A program made the translations under genes and the position numbers. The notes under the pieces are model-generated. The model did not search any database. It worked only from the letters and a program-made list of their open reading frames with translations, and was not told the origin of the DNA. Shown here piece by piece: positions 13,901 to 27,341 of a stretch of 64,000 nucleotides of DNA (its first letter is position 1; the number at the start of each line of letters is the position of its first letter). Source of the stretch: Ginglymostoma cirratum (taxonomy: Eukaryota); assembly GCA_024137785.1 (NCBI GenBank), contig JAHRHZ010000222.1, positions 39,242,817 to 39,306,816 on the forward strand. Direction: 5' to 3'.

Positions 13901-14472
13901 GTGAGCCTTGCAGAACGATAGCAAAAAGCAATAAAAGCGCAAAATGGATTGAGTGACAATGGAACCTGAGCTGTAGCTTTTGGATTTAGGCTTTGCTTCA
14001 TTGCTTCTCAATCTTATTCTCCAGTGTCTCAGAAAAGGGATTGCCTCACAGTATTTAACATTGCTGGGAGCAAAGGAATAAAGTCAAGTCAATGTTGGTT
14101 ATTGCTCATTAGACACAAGGACATACTTTTGTGTGTGAATAAATGAATGACACCATGTCTTGATGGAAATAGTCCTCGTGCAACTCTAAGCAAAATGTGA
14201 TCTAGCTTTTCCATTTACTTAATAATAGTGAATCCTATTACATGCAAATAGGAATTTAAGTATCCATGGTTTGTCTTTATTCCTTATGGCCAAGGCTTAA
14301 CAAACCTGCTTAATTTCTTGTGTAATGCTATGACAAAGACATCTAGTGAACATTTTTATTTAAAGTGATGTCTGGATTTAACATTTTTTAAAATCTTGTC
14401 ATCTGATTCTTAGAAGTAGGACTAAATTGTAAATCGGCTTTTATTCATTGAATAATGATGTAAAAAAATAAA

Positions 14473-15035
14473 AACTTGTATTTATAAAACACTTTTCATT
14501 ACCCCAAAACACTTTATATCCAATGAAGTAGCTCTATAATGTAATCATTGCTATGGTGTAGGAACTGTGCCAACAGCTTACATATAACAAGTTTCTACAA
14601 ACATCAATGTGATAATGGCCATAATAATCTGTTCTTGTAATGTTGATTGAGGATAAATATTGACCAGTACATCAGGGATAACTCCCCTGCTCATTGAAAT
14701 AGTGGTCTGGAACTTTTATCATGAATTCTGAGTCAGCAGATGAACCTCAGATTAAACTCTTCATACAAAAGGTGGTACTTTTGTACGGGATTGCGGGGAT
14801 AGGGTGAGGCAGTGGGTTTGGGTGAGATGCTGTTCAGAGGGTCGCTGCACACTCAAAGGGCAGAATGGCTTCCATCTGCACTGTAGGGATTCCAAAAGTA
14901 TACTGCTGACCGTACAGCATTTCCTCAGAGCTGTTCTGAAATGTCAGTTTCAATTTTTGTAATCAAGTCCTAAAGTGGGACTTGAACCAACAACTTTCTT
15001 ATTTAAGAGTTAGAGTGCTATCTGTTGAACCATTA
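14473..15035 (-). mobile_element. SacSINE1/DeuSINE-type SINE with a nested HE1/CR1 tail fragment (about 14783-14893)
   Basis: Minus-strand head ..ATAGCACTCTAACTCT..GGTTCAAGTCCCACT, Deu-domain-like GAGCAGGGGAGTTATCCC..CAATATTTATCCTCAATCAACAT, and tail ..TATAAATACAAGT. Confidence 0.7.
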
Positions 15036-16717
15036 CTGAATTTCAAAGGTAATCCCAATTTTGGCTGCAATTTTTATATTGTGCGATAACTCTTATTTGT
15101 AAAGCTGTGTAGAAAGCCTGTTCAGAAGCCTATGTAAAATATATCTTGATTGACACATGCTATGTGAAAGTCTGAGTGTTCATCGCTGCCAATCTTAATG
15201 TAATCATCAGATGATGGTAATGCTGATATCTGTCAGAAAGCAATAAAAAAACTTTTAGAAGAGCAAGCATTGTGTGTACACTGGTTCACACCTGAACCTG
15301 TACTGAATCTGAACCTGACACATCATAAATTATATTGATAAATCATTCTAATACTTGGAGCCAAGATCAAACTTATAACACTCGTACTGAAACTATGAAT
15401 ATAACAGCCAAGGACGTAAACTTCCCAATCATACAAATTTTGTTTTGATTCAACCATCTGCAACATAATTATTGTAATTAAATATAATTATATTAGATTT
15501 ATGTGTGAACCTGACTTGAACAAGTTATTGATCATTTTAAAAGTGATTCCTGATTTATACTATACAATTTACCAATAATTACTGTATTTCCTGAAAGTAA
15601 TGTTGTTTTAGTATTCAGAAATAAAATGTGTGTTTGTCACCTTACTAATGGCTTTTACTAAAGAAATTACATGCATTTGCATATCATTAATACCCTGACT
15701 CACCTCAATTGTGCAGTTTTGAGTCTGTAATGTCACTTTTTATTTCTGTTTAGGCTACCTGATCACCTGTCCAATCAACTTGCCTCATTTAGCAAAGATA
15801 ATTGCGTTTTTAGAAACAGACTTCCTATGTATCCTATTTTGTTAAGAATATAATTTAGTTGAGAGTTCAGAAACAAATAACTCTGCAAAATCACATGGGT
15901 CCCCAACTGAGATGGAACTTAATTATGTATGATTAGAAAATGTGTGCTTCCATGGCTTATTCCTGCCTATGGTCATGCCAACAATAGGAACCCTGCAATA
16001 CTTATGTGCATACTGAATTTTTGATTCCCATGCTTTTTTAAAAAAAAGGACTAGTGCAACCAAAAAATAAGTGTGGATGTAAATTCAGTGATTATCTGGG
16101 AGAATTTGGTGTGGCGCCATGGAATGTCATACCTTTAGAGTGTCAGGGAAACTTCAACAGAAAGACCGAACAGAAGGAGATAATGTGAGGCTAACTAAAC
16201 CCTGTAATCCAATCAGCAGGAAGCCATCTCCTGCAGAAATGTTTGTATTTCACCCCTACAGGGATGTAAGAAAGAGCGGTTAGAATAGCTTGTCAATCCT
16301 GGTCAAAGTGTGTTACTGGCCTGACATGCAAGCGTATGGCCTAGAGTGCTGTGAAGGTCACAGTTTGACTGCAGACATTCAACATCTTTGCAGTGTAGGT
16401 AATGAAAAAGAAGCGCTTTCACTCTGACACCCAGCTTCCAGTGAAAGGAATCAAGATAAAGTAGTTCAATCAACCTACCAAGCCAAGAATCTCAAAATCA
16501 ACTGTTCAGTAATTGATGCAAACCCTACTGATACTATTCACTGTAAACAGCCTCAACATTTTACTTTTCACGAACAGCATGACTGGTGTACATCTTTTTA
16601 ACTTATATCTATTTTTAAGGCTCAATTCTGATTCCTAATCGTGTGCAAGTGTGATACATTAGAATTTCTTCTTATATTTAGTAACTAATAAACTCACTCT
16701 TCCAACTCAATAAAAAT

Positions 16718-17275
16718 TATAAGACATAGAAACAGAAGTAGGCCATTTGGCCCGTTAAGTCTGCTCTGTCATTCAATGAGATCGTGGATGATCTGATATT
16801 CCTCAACTCTACTTTCTGCCTTTTCCCATACCCTTGATTTCCTTACCTATTAAAAATCTGTCTAACTCAACCTTGAATAGACTTAATGACCTAGCCTCTC
16901 CAGTACTCACTGGTAAAGAATTCCAGAAATTTACTACTGTTTGAGTGAGGTACCAAAGTTACTAGTGCAGGCACCATCTCCATTCAATGGTTCTCACCCA
17001 CCTCATCCTCAAAAATGACAAACGCTTCCTGCCTTTTGGCTAAAAAAGCTACGCAATCTACCGAGACTGGAAAACTTCAACTAAGTACGAAGTGAGTGAA
17101 CGCTTCTTTGAGGGAAGAAATTGCACCTCATCTTTATCAAATAAGCAACCCTTCACTCTGAGATTGTCTCTCATTTTTCTAAATTCCAAACAGTACAGTC
17201 CTAACTTACTCTATCTGTCACTATTAGGAAATTCCTCTATATCCAGGATCAACTGAATAAACTTCTGGCCTGTCT
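16718..17275 (-). mobile_element. CR1 LINE 3' fragment interrupted by a 160-bp insertion
   Basis: Starts ATAAGACATAGAAACAGAAGTAGGCCATTTGGCCC (reverse CR1 tail). CR1-like sequence resumes at 17105 (TCTTTGAGGGAAGAAATTGCACCTCATC). Confidence 0.75.
16945..17104 (+). repeat. 160-bp direct repeat, copy 1
   Basis: GTGAGGTACCAAAGTTACTAGTGCAGGC...GAAGTGAGTGAACGCT. By eye, about 7 substitutions and no indels versus 18798-18957. Confidence 0.95.
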
Positions 17276-17539
17276 AAATTGGCTTCATTTAAAACATAAA
17301 TTAATTTGGGCCTGGGAGAAGGGTATCCACACGGGAGGAATCCTTATTAAATTCACCTTGTTGCGACAAACTGAGGGAGCAGGTAAATAAAGAAAGGGAG
17401 CCAGTTCATCCTTTTTCACATGGGAGCTCAATAACTTGGGGTATCCAACCTGGAACCACAACAAATTGGAGATCATTGCTTGAGGACTGGTCATAACACC
17501 ACAGGCTGTTTGGAGAAAACTCACTAACCTCGCACTATT

Positions 17540-17808
17540 AGAATCGCAGAATCCCTACAGAGTGAAAGCAGGCCATTCAATCCATCAAATGCACGCTGAC
17601 CCTTTGAAGAGCATCCCACCCAGTCCCTGTGATGCAGCATTTCCCATGGAAAATCCTCCCAAACTGCACAGCTTTGGACTGTGGGAGGAAACCAGAGCAC
17701 CTGGAGGAAACCCATGCAGCCACGGGGAGAACGTACAATCTCCACACAGGCAGTCACCCAAGGATGGAATTGAACTGTGAAGCAGCAGTGCTAACCACTG
17801 TGCCACCC
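17540..17808 (-). mobile_element. HE1-type SINE
   Basis: Minus strand GGTGGCACAGTGGTTAGCACTGCTGCTTCACAG..GGGTTTCCTCCAGGTGCTCTGGTTTCCTCCCACAGTCCAAAG. Homologous to 8854-9233. Confidence 0.85.
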
Positions 17809-18104
17809 AATTTATGGTATCACAGCAAACATAATGTAGACCAAATAGTCATTTGGCTCAATAACTTCTGTATAATGTGAATATAATTGAGATGAGGCAC
17901 TGATTATTAACTATTTGCCCTCATTGAGCTTCCTTAAAAGCAAATATTTGAATGGACCCGTTTAGTTAGCAGAAATTAGTAATATATTGTCGTTTTACCA
18001 TAAACTGAAAAACAATTATGTACAATTATGAAAGCTGGTCTACATGTTTGATTGTTAACTGTTACAACATAATTTCAGTGCTTTGACTAAAAGTCTGCAA
18101 TGAT

Positions 18105-18607
18105 AGGCTAAGTGCCAGAAAAAGTTTTGCAGATGGAGTACAACATGGAAAAATATGAGTTGTCCACTTTGGTAGGAGGAATGTAAAAACAAAATATTAT
18201 TTAAATGGAATGACGCAGCAGATTGATGTGTCACAAGGGGATCTAGGTGTCACTGCACATGAATCAAAAAAAAATCAGGTACACCAAATAATTAGGAAGG
18301 CAAATGAAATATTGGGTTTACTGCAAAGGGAATGGAATATAAAAGTTTGAAAATCTTGCTGCGATAATTCAGGGTGTTGATGAGGCCACGCCTAGAGTTT
18401 TGGTCTCCATGGTTAAGGAATGATATACTTGGCATAGTAGGCAATTCAGAAATGTTCACTGAATTGATTCCTGGAATAAAAGGGTTGACTTTTGAGGAAA
18501 GGTTCAGCAGGTTGGACTGATACAAATTGGAGTTTAGAAGAATAAGAGGTGGTCTTATTGAAGCACATAAGATTCTGTGGGGACTTGTCTGGGTAGAGGC
18601 TGAGAGG
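18105..18607 (+). mobile_element. CR1 LINE ORF2 fragment
   Basis: QMEYNMEKYE.. DLGV.. RKANEILG.. VLMRPRLEFWSPWLRNDILG.. RIRGGLIEAHKIL, matching the CR1 RT C-terminal region. Confidence 0.8.
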
Positions 18608-18797
18608 ACTGAACACAGATATCTTGGACAGACATAACAGCTTGGGTCAGTGATTCTTCACGGTTAGATGGAACGCACATGCACAGCAGTGTAGGAAAAA
18701 GACCAACAATCTTCTGTGTTCCACAAGGCGAAGCATCACACTCACAGAGTCACCATTGACTCTAAATCTGTCAATGCACACAAACCTCACTAATGTT

Positions 18798-18957
18798 GTG
18801 AGGTACCAAAGTTACTAGTGCAGGCACCATCTCCATTCAATGGCTCTCATCCACCTCATCCTCAAAAACGACAAACGCTTCCTGCCTTTTGGCTATAAAA
18901 GCTACGCAATCTACAGAGACTGGCAAACTTCAACTAAGTACGAAGTGAGTGAGCGCT
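18798..18957 (+). repeat. 160-bp direct repeat, copy 2 (probable source)
   Basis: Near-identical to 16945-17104. Confidence 0.95.
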
Positions 18958-21900
18958 AACAAATGATGTGAAGAGCTATAAAATGCATCATGTGTAGACG
19001 CATGATATTACTATCTGTCCCTGTGCACAAAGTGTCCTGGTATGGAGCCAGGTATCCCTGATATCCAAAGTGAAGTTTCGAAGGGTTGAAGCGGATTCAG
19101 ATTTGGTCTGAGATCAGTCATGATAATGCAGTGAAGTTGGTGGTGTGTTGATGTTGATTTCAGTAGACAAAGGGTTAAGGAGAACGCTGTCCATGAGCAT
19201 TGAGGAATATGTTGGTGAAGAGACGTTAAATTGGAAGCATGGAGAAGCGAAAACAAGCTGCACCCACCATGTAACCGGTCTGACTTTCAAGTCAGGAATT
19301 GTCACTGTTTAGTTTCTCAGGAGAGTAGGGGAGATTTGCAAGGTGCACATAAATGAGGCGAATTTGAGTATTGATGATACGCAAATACATGGGAACAAGG
19401 TAATTGCTGCTTAACAGCAAAATTCTCACCTCGTCCTAGAAACCTCAAGGGGAAAAAATGGAATTTTTTTGGCATTGGAATCAGTTTTTATGTTCGCTGG
19501 TAGATTCCCATATTTCTGTCCATCTCATTCAAGGCATTGGAAAATTCTGCTCATAAACTAATTCATTAATTTAAATATCTTGAGGATGTACAAGGTTCTA
19601 GATAAATGGAAGTTCATCTTTCATCTTAACCACAGTGAACCTTTCATTGAAAGTTCAAGTATTAAGGATGTACTACAACATAGACAGGATTTTCAGGGGC
19701 CACAGCAAAAGTAGTGATCTGCCAAAGAAATATTAAAACAGTGTGTCTCAAACTATGTTCCAATATGACATTTTTTTGGCACTTGAAAATTAACATGATC
19801 CCATGGCTAGTAAGACCAAAACAGTATACATAACGATATTCAGTATATAATTAGAAATTGTGCCTATTATGGATCAACATGGAATGAGACATCATATACT
19901 ATGAAAATCTGTATGTTTAACGTACTTTGTAAAAGTGTTATTGTATGTGCTCAGCTGAGATCTCCATATTCCCTGGTGCGAAAAGAGTCAGTAAAACCCC
20001 TGCATCCACAATAATCAAGGGCACTAGGGACAGGGCAATAAATGCTGGCCAGTCAGCAATGCCCACATCCACAAAAAGAATAAATTAAAAAGAAAATCAA
20101 TCCCTCGCACTGTATACAAAATAATTAGTTCCACTCTCCATTGTCCAATACACTCATTATCAGCTGACTCCCCATTTCTACCACGCATTCAATAACCTGC
20201 CCCTTTCCCTCTACTGTCACTGCTATCTTCACCCTCTTTCAGTCTCTCTACCAGCATCGGCATAACAGGGTATGATAAGAAGGCTGTACAACGAAAGCAG
20301 AGATGTGCATGGAATTTTCCTTCCCTGGTGTGACGGGAGTAATGGTGGATATGGTGACAAAGTAAGGTGAGAATTTAAAAAATCAGATTCTTAGCATCAA
20401 GAACATTTTCCTAATTTTCCCCTCAAGCCTTAAATTTCAACCTCAGAATTTCACCCTTGAGTGACGCCTAACTTATTTTCACGCATTGATATCATTATAT
20501 CATTAAAGGTCTAACTCACTCCAGTTCCCCTCTCTTCCACTGAGAAAACAGTCACACGAATTCCTGATAATCAGAGTGGGTACCTACTGGTTGTGGCTCA
20601 TTGAATGCCTGCCCAGGCCATCATCCAACTGCTTCTTTTGCACAATGTCCCTCCATCATCCATGGTCACCAACATCCTCAATCTTTCATCCCTGCAACTC
20701 AACATCAGCAAACCACCAGCCTCACCATATCATGATGTCGATTCTCAGATCAACTCAGACATCATTTCAGATCATCAATATTTTACTTTGGTGTTGACGG
20801 ATACCTATAACTTGCATGCTTCTTTCAGAACGATTTGCACATAGGAACAGCCATGCTCTCATGCATCTGCACAGGATTCTTTTACACTGACATGGACGCA
20901 CACATCTTATGGTGCTTTAGCTCACTTTTATAATGCTCCCTCATTTCAGCTCTTACTTGGAAACTGCCAGTATCTGTCTGCTTCACATTGCTTTTTTTAG
21001 TGCACGCTGACATTACAACTGAGTTACAGGCTACCAGCCTCTTTGGTTTAGCTTACATTTTAACTTCATCACAGATGGAGAGGCAGGAACCTTGCGACAA
21101 TGAAACAATGAAAAGTCCATCTACCAGTCAGACATGGGTGGACATATCACTATATGTCATCGTGCCAAACCAACATCAGAACTAGAGCACATGCCAGAAG
21201 TTTATGCAATAAACACATTGCATGTGCATCAAGCAAATATGATGTGTTAAAGTCAATGAGGAAAAATCCTTAGAAGGGTGAATGGGTCAGCTGAAGTGGT
21301 TTGTACTGGGCTTGAAATATGGTGTCAGAGACTATAATGTGAAAAATCTATCTCTTGGCCTCATGTTCCACTGAGAAACATGTCCAACAGCTCAGTTACA
21401 TTATTAATGAGATGAAAAGTGGAAGATTGCATGAGAAAATTCACTCCAGGCCATGGCAGATTGGACACCATGAATTTCACTCTCCACCACACTTTAACTG
21501 AAAATTGGAAAAATCGCCCCACTGTTATATTTGAAGCTGGCACTGACATTTCCTGCTTAGCCCCACAACTTCCCTGTACACAGTCAGTCATTGAGTTACA
21601 CATACTGGCCTCTACCTGTATCTAGTTACTACACAAAAATCTCAGACTTTGCTCAGCTCTCATCGCTAAAAGTCGTTTCTGAGGTTAAAGGGCACTTTGG
21701 GCTAAGTGTCCCACCTCGGCTGTGGTGGTCCATAGGGTCCAGGGCTCTCCTACCAGCAGTTATGAACTGGGCCAACTCCCCTGGCACCTGACATTGCTGG
21801 CTCGGAGGAAGGGTTGCTCAAAAGCTACTTCTGCAATTCTTTTGTGGGTTGGGACTCAGATTTTGGAAACTCCTTGAATAAAGCTGCGGGAAACTCCACC

Positions 21901-22371
21901 TGACCCAATATTCTTACTGGCTCAAATTTTGCAATGATGGCAAAGCTGAGAGTCTTCTGTATCAGTTCTCGGCAGAATTTACAGAATCTTATGGCATTCG
22001 CAGATGTGCAGTTATCTGCAGAAACCTGGAAGTTGTTGAGAGGAATACTCTGCTGCCCCATTGGGTGCATTTTTGGAATACTGACAGATGCAATCAACAT
22101 AGGAATGTGGGTCTTGACATGAACTTCAGCTTGTTATGCGCTATTTTTGCTGTAACCTATTGAAATTGCCATGCCTTATTGTATAAAATGTAATAATGAT
22201 TTTAATTGAGTATTAAGTCACAATCTATCTTTCGTCCTGAAAATCTAATGTTTCAGTTAGACATGATAGTGTCCATTTCATTATCAAGCATTGACAGGTT
22301 TTAAAAATAATAGCCTGTTGTTATTTTGATAATAAATACAATATTATTTCTAATCTATATGCCTATCCCAA

Positions 22372-23165
22372 TATTTTCTCAACCAAAGATTCCCCAGCAC
22401 CATTGTCAACAGGGCCCTCAACGGGTCTGACTCATCTCCAGCACTTCTGCTCTCACTCCCTCTCTTCCCTCCGGCCACAGCGATAGGGTTCCCCTTGTCC
22501 TTACCTACCATTCCACCAGCATCCACATCCAGAAGATCATCAGGTACCATTTTCGCCACCTCCAGCGAGATGTCATCAACAGACACATATTCCCCTCTCC
22601 TCCCTTGTTTGCCTTCCGCAGGGACCATTCCCTCTGTGACACCCAGGTCCACTCTTCCTTCACTCCCAACATTCCCCCACAGCCCCACAGCATTTTCCGC
22701 AACTGTCAAAGATGTAACGCCTGTCCATTTACCTCCTCCCTCCCCTCATTTTCTGCTTAGGGACCCTGCAGCCCTCCAGCCTCAAGATCAAGTTCAATAA
22801 TTTTAGGGTCTAAACTTTCCCATGTCCTAGTACCCCACACAGCAAGCCTTGTTATCACATCATCTGCCATTACACACTGCCTATTGTTAGTCACTAACAG
22901 TCTCCATCAACTGCTATTGACTCTCCTAGTCAGACTGTTATCCACTCCTTTGGCTGTCCAACTATCCTTCTCTGTCTTTGGGCTCTGTCCCCACCTGTTG
23001 TTTATTGCTTATCCCTCCACCGACCTGATCTTCTGTATATAAACCAACACTTTCCTTGCTACCATCAGTTCTGAGGAAAGGTCGCCAGACCCATTAACAC
23101 TGATTTATCTTCAGGAATGCTGCAAGACCTGCGGAGCTTTTTCAGCAACTTTTGTTTTTATTTCC
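22372..23165 (+). mobile_element. Penelope-like retroelement 3' fragment
   Basis: Translates as NQRFPSTIVNRALN..SDRVPLVLTYHSTSIHIQKIIRYHFRHLQRDVINRHIFPSPPLFAFRRDHSLCDT (Penelope RT-endonuclease linker). Ends with a pLTR-like CTGAGGAAAGGTCGCCAGACCC..GCTGCAAGACCTGCGGAGCTTTTCAGCAAC. Confidence 0.8.
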
Positions 23166-24524
23166 AACATTTCTTTCTATTCCTGAAAAAAGAGTAAAAA
23201 TCAATGACAATCATTGCAGTCAGCTTCCTGGTTTGCTGTCTGCGAGAATTCTTCAATCAGGTAGGCTGTTCAGTTTGCTTGATGATTTCACTGTTCTTGG
23301 AGGCTAGAGATTCAATGTGGTTGGAACCAGAATAAAATTGGCATTGGAATTGAGGAGATTGACAAAATGGACCTAGCTAAATCTTTGTAGGCAGATTCAA
23401 GGTCAGCAGCAGGCATCATTCATTCTACAGCGACTGCAAAATCCAGACCAATATGAATGATTGACTTAATTGTGCCTGTGCCCTCGTAGCTACCAGCAGT
23501 CCACATCACCGTGACACATGGGCAGATATAGAGAAGCAGTCTGGAGTACAAAAGTTTGGGACATTTTGAAACTTGAGGTTGTTACATTCTTAAAAAAAAA
23601 TTGAACAACACCGTCAATGAATGAGGCAAAAGAATTTGATGTCTCAAAAAATAAAAGTTGAAAGCTGAAACTCTGCAATTTCTTCAAGAGTTTTTTTCAA
23701 AATTCGTGATATAACCGCATAAAGCATCAACAGTAAGAAATATCTCTTTTTTTAACTTCTGTATAATTTTATCCAGGACAAATGTCTTGAAAACACTTAA
23801 ATTAGTTTTAGACTATCAACTTCATTTCTCAACTTGAGCATTACCCAAATTGAAAACCAAATTGCATATCTATTTTTGTTCTTTTGTTACTAATCCTATG
23901 GATGTTTAAATTATTGAAATGCAGAGACATTTGATGTCACAAAAGTGCCTTGACACTGCTGTCTTTTTCTGTATTAATTGTCATGAAAAGACAGCAATGA
24001 GTGCATGAAGTAGGTGTTCATCCCTTGAAAAGGATTTCTTCCTGATGTTACAGACCCTATCTGGCTTGGCAGCAGAGTTACTCAGCCTGACAAAATCAAC
24101 ACCTCCGCTAATTAACTGCCAACAAAGCTCCAATGTTAGGAAAGCAAAAGATATTTCACAGAATAAATTACAGCTGTGAATATTTTTTGATCAAACTTGC
24201 TGCCCAGCAATTTTTCTTCTTAAAAGTTTAGTTTTTTTGGCCAAATTCTCACTTGGCTGTCTACTGTGATGTTGTGCCATGTTGTGAGTGATGCAGAAAG
24301 TAGCTGACATTACCATCTGATGCCATATGCAACAATATCTCCAATGTTCTGTCGCACAATGGAAAGAAAATGTATTTCAGGGTAACTGGCAGCCAAATTG
24401 GCTGTTTACACAAGTAAATAACCATAATAACAAAGATAAAATTGGTAATTTATTATATTTTTATGACAATCTCAAGCTTCTGAAGTCTGGATCTTAGCTT
24501 AGAAATAAAAGAAAAAAGCAAAAG

Positions 24525-24935
24525 AATTACTTACATTTGCATAACACTTTTCACAACATCCCTCAGTGCTTTACAACAAAAGTATTTTTGAAATTTTGTT
24601 TCCTATGTGATGTAGCTAATATGACGCCGATGCTAACACAGCAATGTCTCACAAACAGTAATGAAATAAATGTTTGTAATCTCATTTAGCTGTTGGTCAA
24701 AGGATGAATGTTGGCTAGTTGATGACATTGGGAAATCCCCCTTATATTTGAAATGAGGGCAGGGAATCTCTCAAGTCTACCTATGAGGAAATCCATTTGA
24801 AAGATGATATTCCCATCAATGCAGCAATTCCACTAAACTACACTGAAATGTTATGCGGTCATGTTTCTGGAACGGGAGTAGAACCTACACCATCTCATCC
24901 AAAAGAGAGAGTTCTGTAACCAATCCATTGCTGAT
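24525..24935 (-). mobile_element. Degenerate SacSINE1/DeuSINE-type SINE
   Basis: Colinear similarity to 14473-15035 from tail to tRNA-like head. Confidence 0.55.
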
Positions 24936-25614
24936 ATTAAGGTAAATTATTTTTATCTTACTCCCCACTCATAACTCTTTCAGCAGCTCTCTGCTCAGCA
25001 CACTGTTTGGAGCTTCTCTGATGTTTATTTTATGCACATTTTAGAAGTACCTTTTCACACGTGTAGATTCATAACACACCAAAACAAGACCAAGACAGAC
25101 AACACAGCACCAGTGATTATAGCAATAATTACTTTAGCTCCTGATGTCAAGTCTTGCCACAGCCTGTCAATGTTTCATAAAATACATCAAAGGAATGTAA
25201 TTTGGAACCATGATTTTACAATATATCTCACAGCATGACCATAATTAATAAGCCACAAGTGATGAGTCATGAGTGGGTATATCTGTTGTAATGAGTGGGA
25301 GATTATTGTAAGCCATGTCCCTCTAATTTATAGTAGTTTTACTGGAGCCTCATACACAGCTGTTAATGGATAAACTATTGCGCTACTTCTTAAAATTATT
25401 ACACTTTTTCAAAAACAGCTATTTTTCATAAACTTTTTTTTGAAGTATTAGTCTTCAGTCAAAAAGAAAATTAACTTCTACAGGGTCAAAATCATATCTT
25501 AACTATTGCCTCACGGAATGAACAGGAACAATAAAATCACTTTCAACACCCCTTATTATCGCTTCCTGGGGGACCTTGTTTATTCTCATATTTGCTTTGG
25601 TTTTGGTTGGGTAT

Positions 25615-26153
25615 TCTGTGGTAACTCATCTTCTTACGCCCCAAAGCCTGTCCACAGTCTGCAAAGTTCTATTCAGGAGCAAGATGGAATACTCTCCATT
25701 TCCTAGTTCCAACATCATTCAAAGAGCTCAACACCATCCAAGACAAAGCATCACTTGACTGGCACCCCTTCCACCATGCTAACTATTCACTTCCTCTAAC
25801 AAGGCCCACATTGGTAATATTGTGTACCATCTATGAGATGCACTGCTGAAATTTGCAAAGGCTCTGTTGGCAGCACCTTCCAAATGTGTGACTCTTACTG
25901 CCTTAAAGAACATGGGCAGCATGGGACTATCACCACCCACAGGTTATCCTCCAAATCACACACCATCCTGACTTAGAGCCTGCTTCATCATTGGGTAAAA
26001 ATACTGGAACTCCTTCTATACCTGCAGTATATATACCTACATCATTTGACCTGTAGCAGTTCAAAATGGTACTTCACCACAACCACCACCACCAGGAATG
26101 GACAATAAACACTAACTTTGCAAGTGATACTCAAAACCCATGACTGAATAAAA
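25615..26153 (+). mobile_element. Non-LTR retrotransposon (CR1/L2 group) 3' fragment
   Basis: THLLTPQSLSTVCKVLFRSKMEYSP.. RT C-terminal motif, ending GACAATAAAC..GAATAAAA. A related 3' end lies at about 20015-20095. Confidence 0.65.
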
Positions 26154-26493
26154 CAGAATCCTACTTTACAATCATTGGTCCTTCAGCAAAGCTTCTAATT
26201 TTTTAAAAGAGTCTTAGTGGCTTTTTAAAGACTAAAAACAAATTGAGCTTTATACCCATAAGATACAGAATTGAAATCTGGATTTCATGCAGAGGTAAAT
26301 TACTTTTAGCTGACTTGTCAGAAAGTGAACTAATCTGTAAACTACAGTGCAACAGTTTCCTGAAACCAAAGCAAACATTATGTGGGAGCTGACACCTAAA
26401 TGCTTCTTGGAAATCTGGCCTACAGAAGTTACATACATTGCTTTACTCACAGCTTTTAACACTGGAACTAGTAAACAAACTGGCTTTTTTTTC

Positions 26494-26640
26494 ATAGAAT
26501 CAAATCATAGAATCCCAATAATGCAGAAAGAGGCCATTCAGCCCATCAAGTCTGCATTGACCTTCCAAAGAGCATCCCACCCAGACCAGAGCTCAGGCAC
26601 TGTGCGGCAGCAGTGCTAACTTTTGTGCCACCTTGCCACC
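26494..26640 (-). mobile_element. Internally deleted HE1-type SINE
   Basis: Head GGTGGCAAGGTGGCACAAAAGTTAGCACTGCTGCCGCACAGTGCC joined directly to the tail ..GGCTGAATGGCCTCTTTCTGCATTATTGGGATTCTATG. Confidence 0.7.
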
Positions 26641-27105
26641 CCTTTATTGTGTATCCAGAAGTCATTAATAAGTAATTAGTACATAAACTAAAGATAAGAG
26701 CACACAAAGGCACTTTTACAATATGAGGGTCCTAGGAGACCATATGTAAAAGGAGACCTGCAAATGTCTATGCACTGTTAGAAGCCAATTGTTTTCTTGA
26801 TGTGGATCCATACTGCGCATATACATGTATGAATTACGTGCTGCTAATGTGGGGTTGGCATAACAGGGTTTTCAGGAGTGATACTTGCTGACGAAGATTG
26901 GACTCAGAAAGATATTTCGAGGAAACAAAATTGAGCTTTTGGCATCACTATGGTTAGTACATGGAGGAAAAGTCAAACTTGCATAGCAAAGTAGCACTCT
27001 TTGTCTGCATCTGCAATCTTCTGTCATGAAGAAAAGCAAGATTTGAGTTTTCATTAGAATTCTAGACTTTGGAGATTTTGTATTAGCAAGAACAATCATC
27101 ATAAC

Positions 27106-27341
27106 TGAAATAACTCCACAGAGGTTGGTATCCTATCACCAAGTCACCCTTTATTTACATGTGCATAGTACTTGACACTAGTCTGGCCTCCACATAACCA
27201 GCTCTCAGAGTGAACAGAGCCTCTGACACTCTGGTTTATATCTGTCAGCCGGGGCTCCCTGATTGGACTAGGTTAACAGCTCCAATCAGGGAACTCTTAT
27301 TCTATGAGATCCATCTGGCTGACCTCGTTACAATGACTACA
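27106..27341 (-). repeat. 3' LTR (TG...CA), preceded by the polypurine tract AGAAAGTGGGGGA (27342-27354)
   Basis: Aligns end to end with 32062-32296 and contains AATAAA on the minus strand. Confidence 0.9.
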
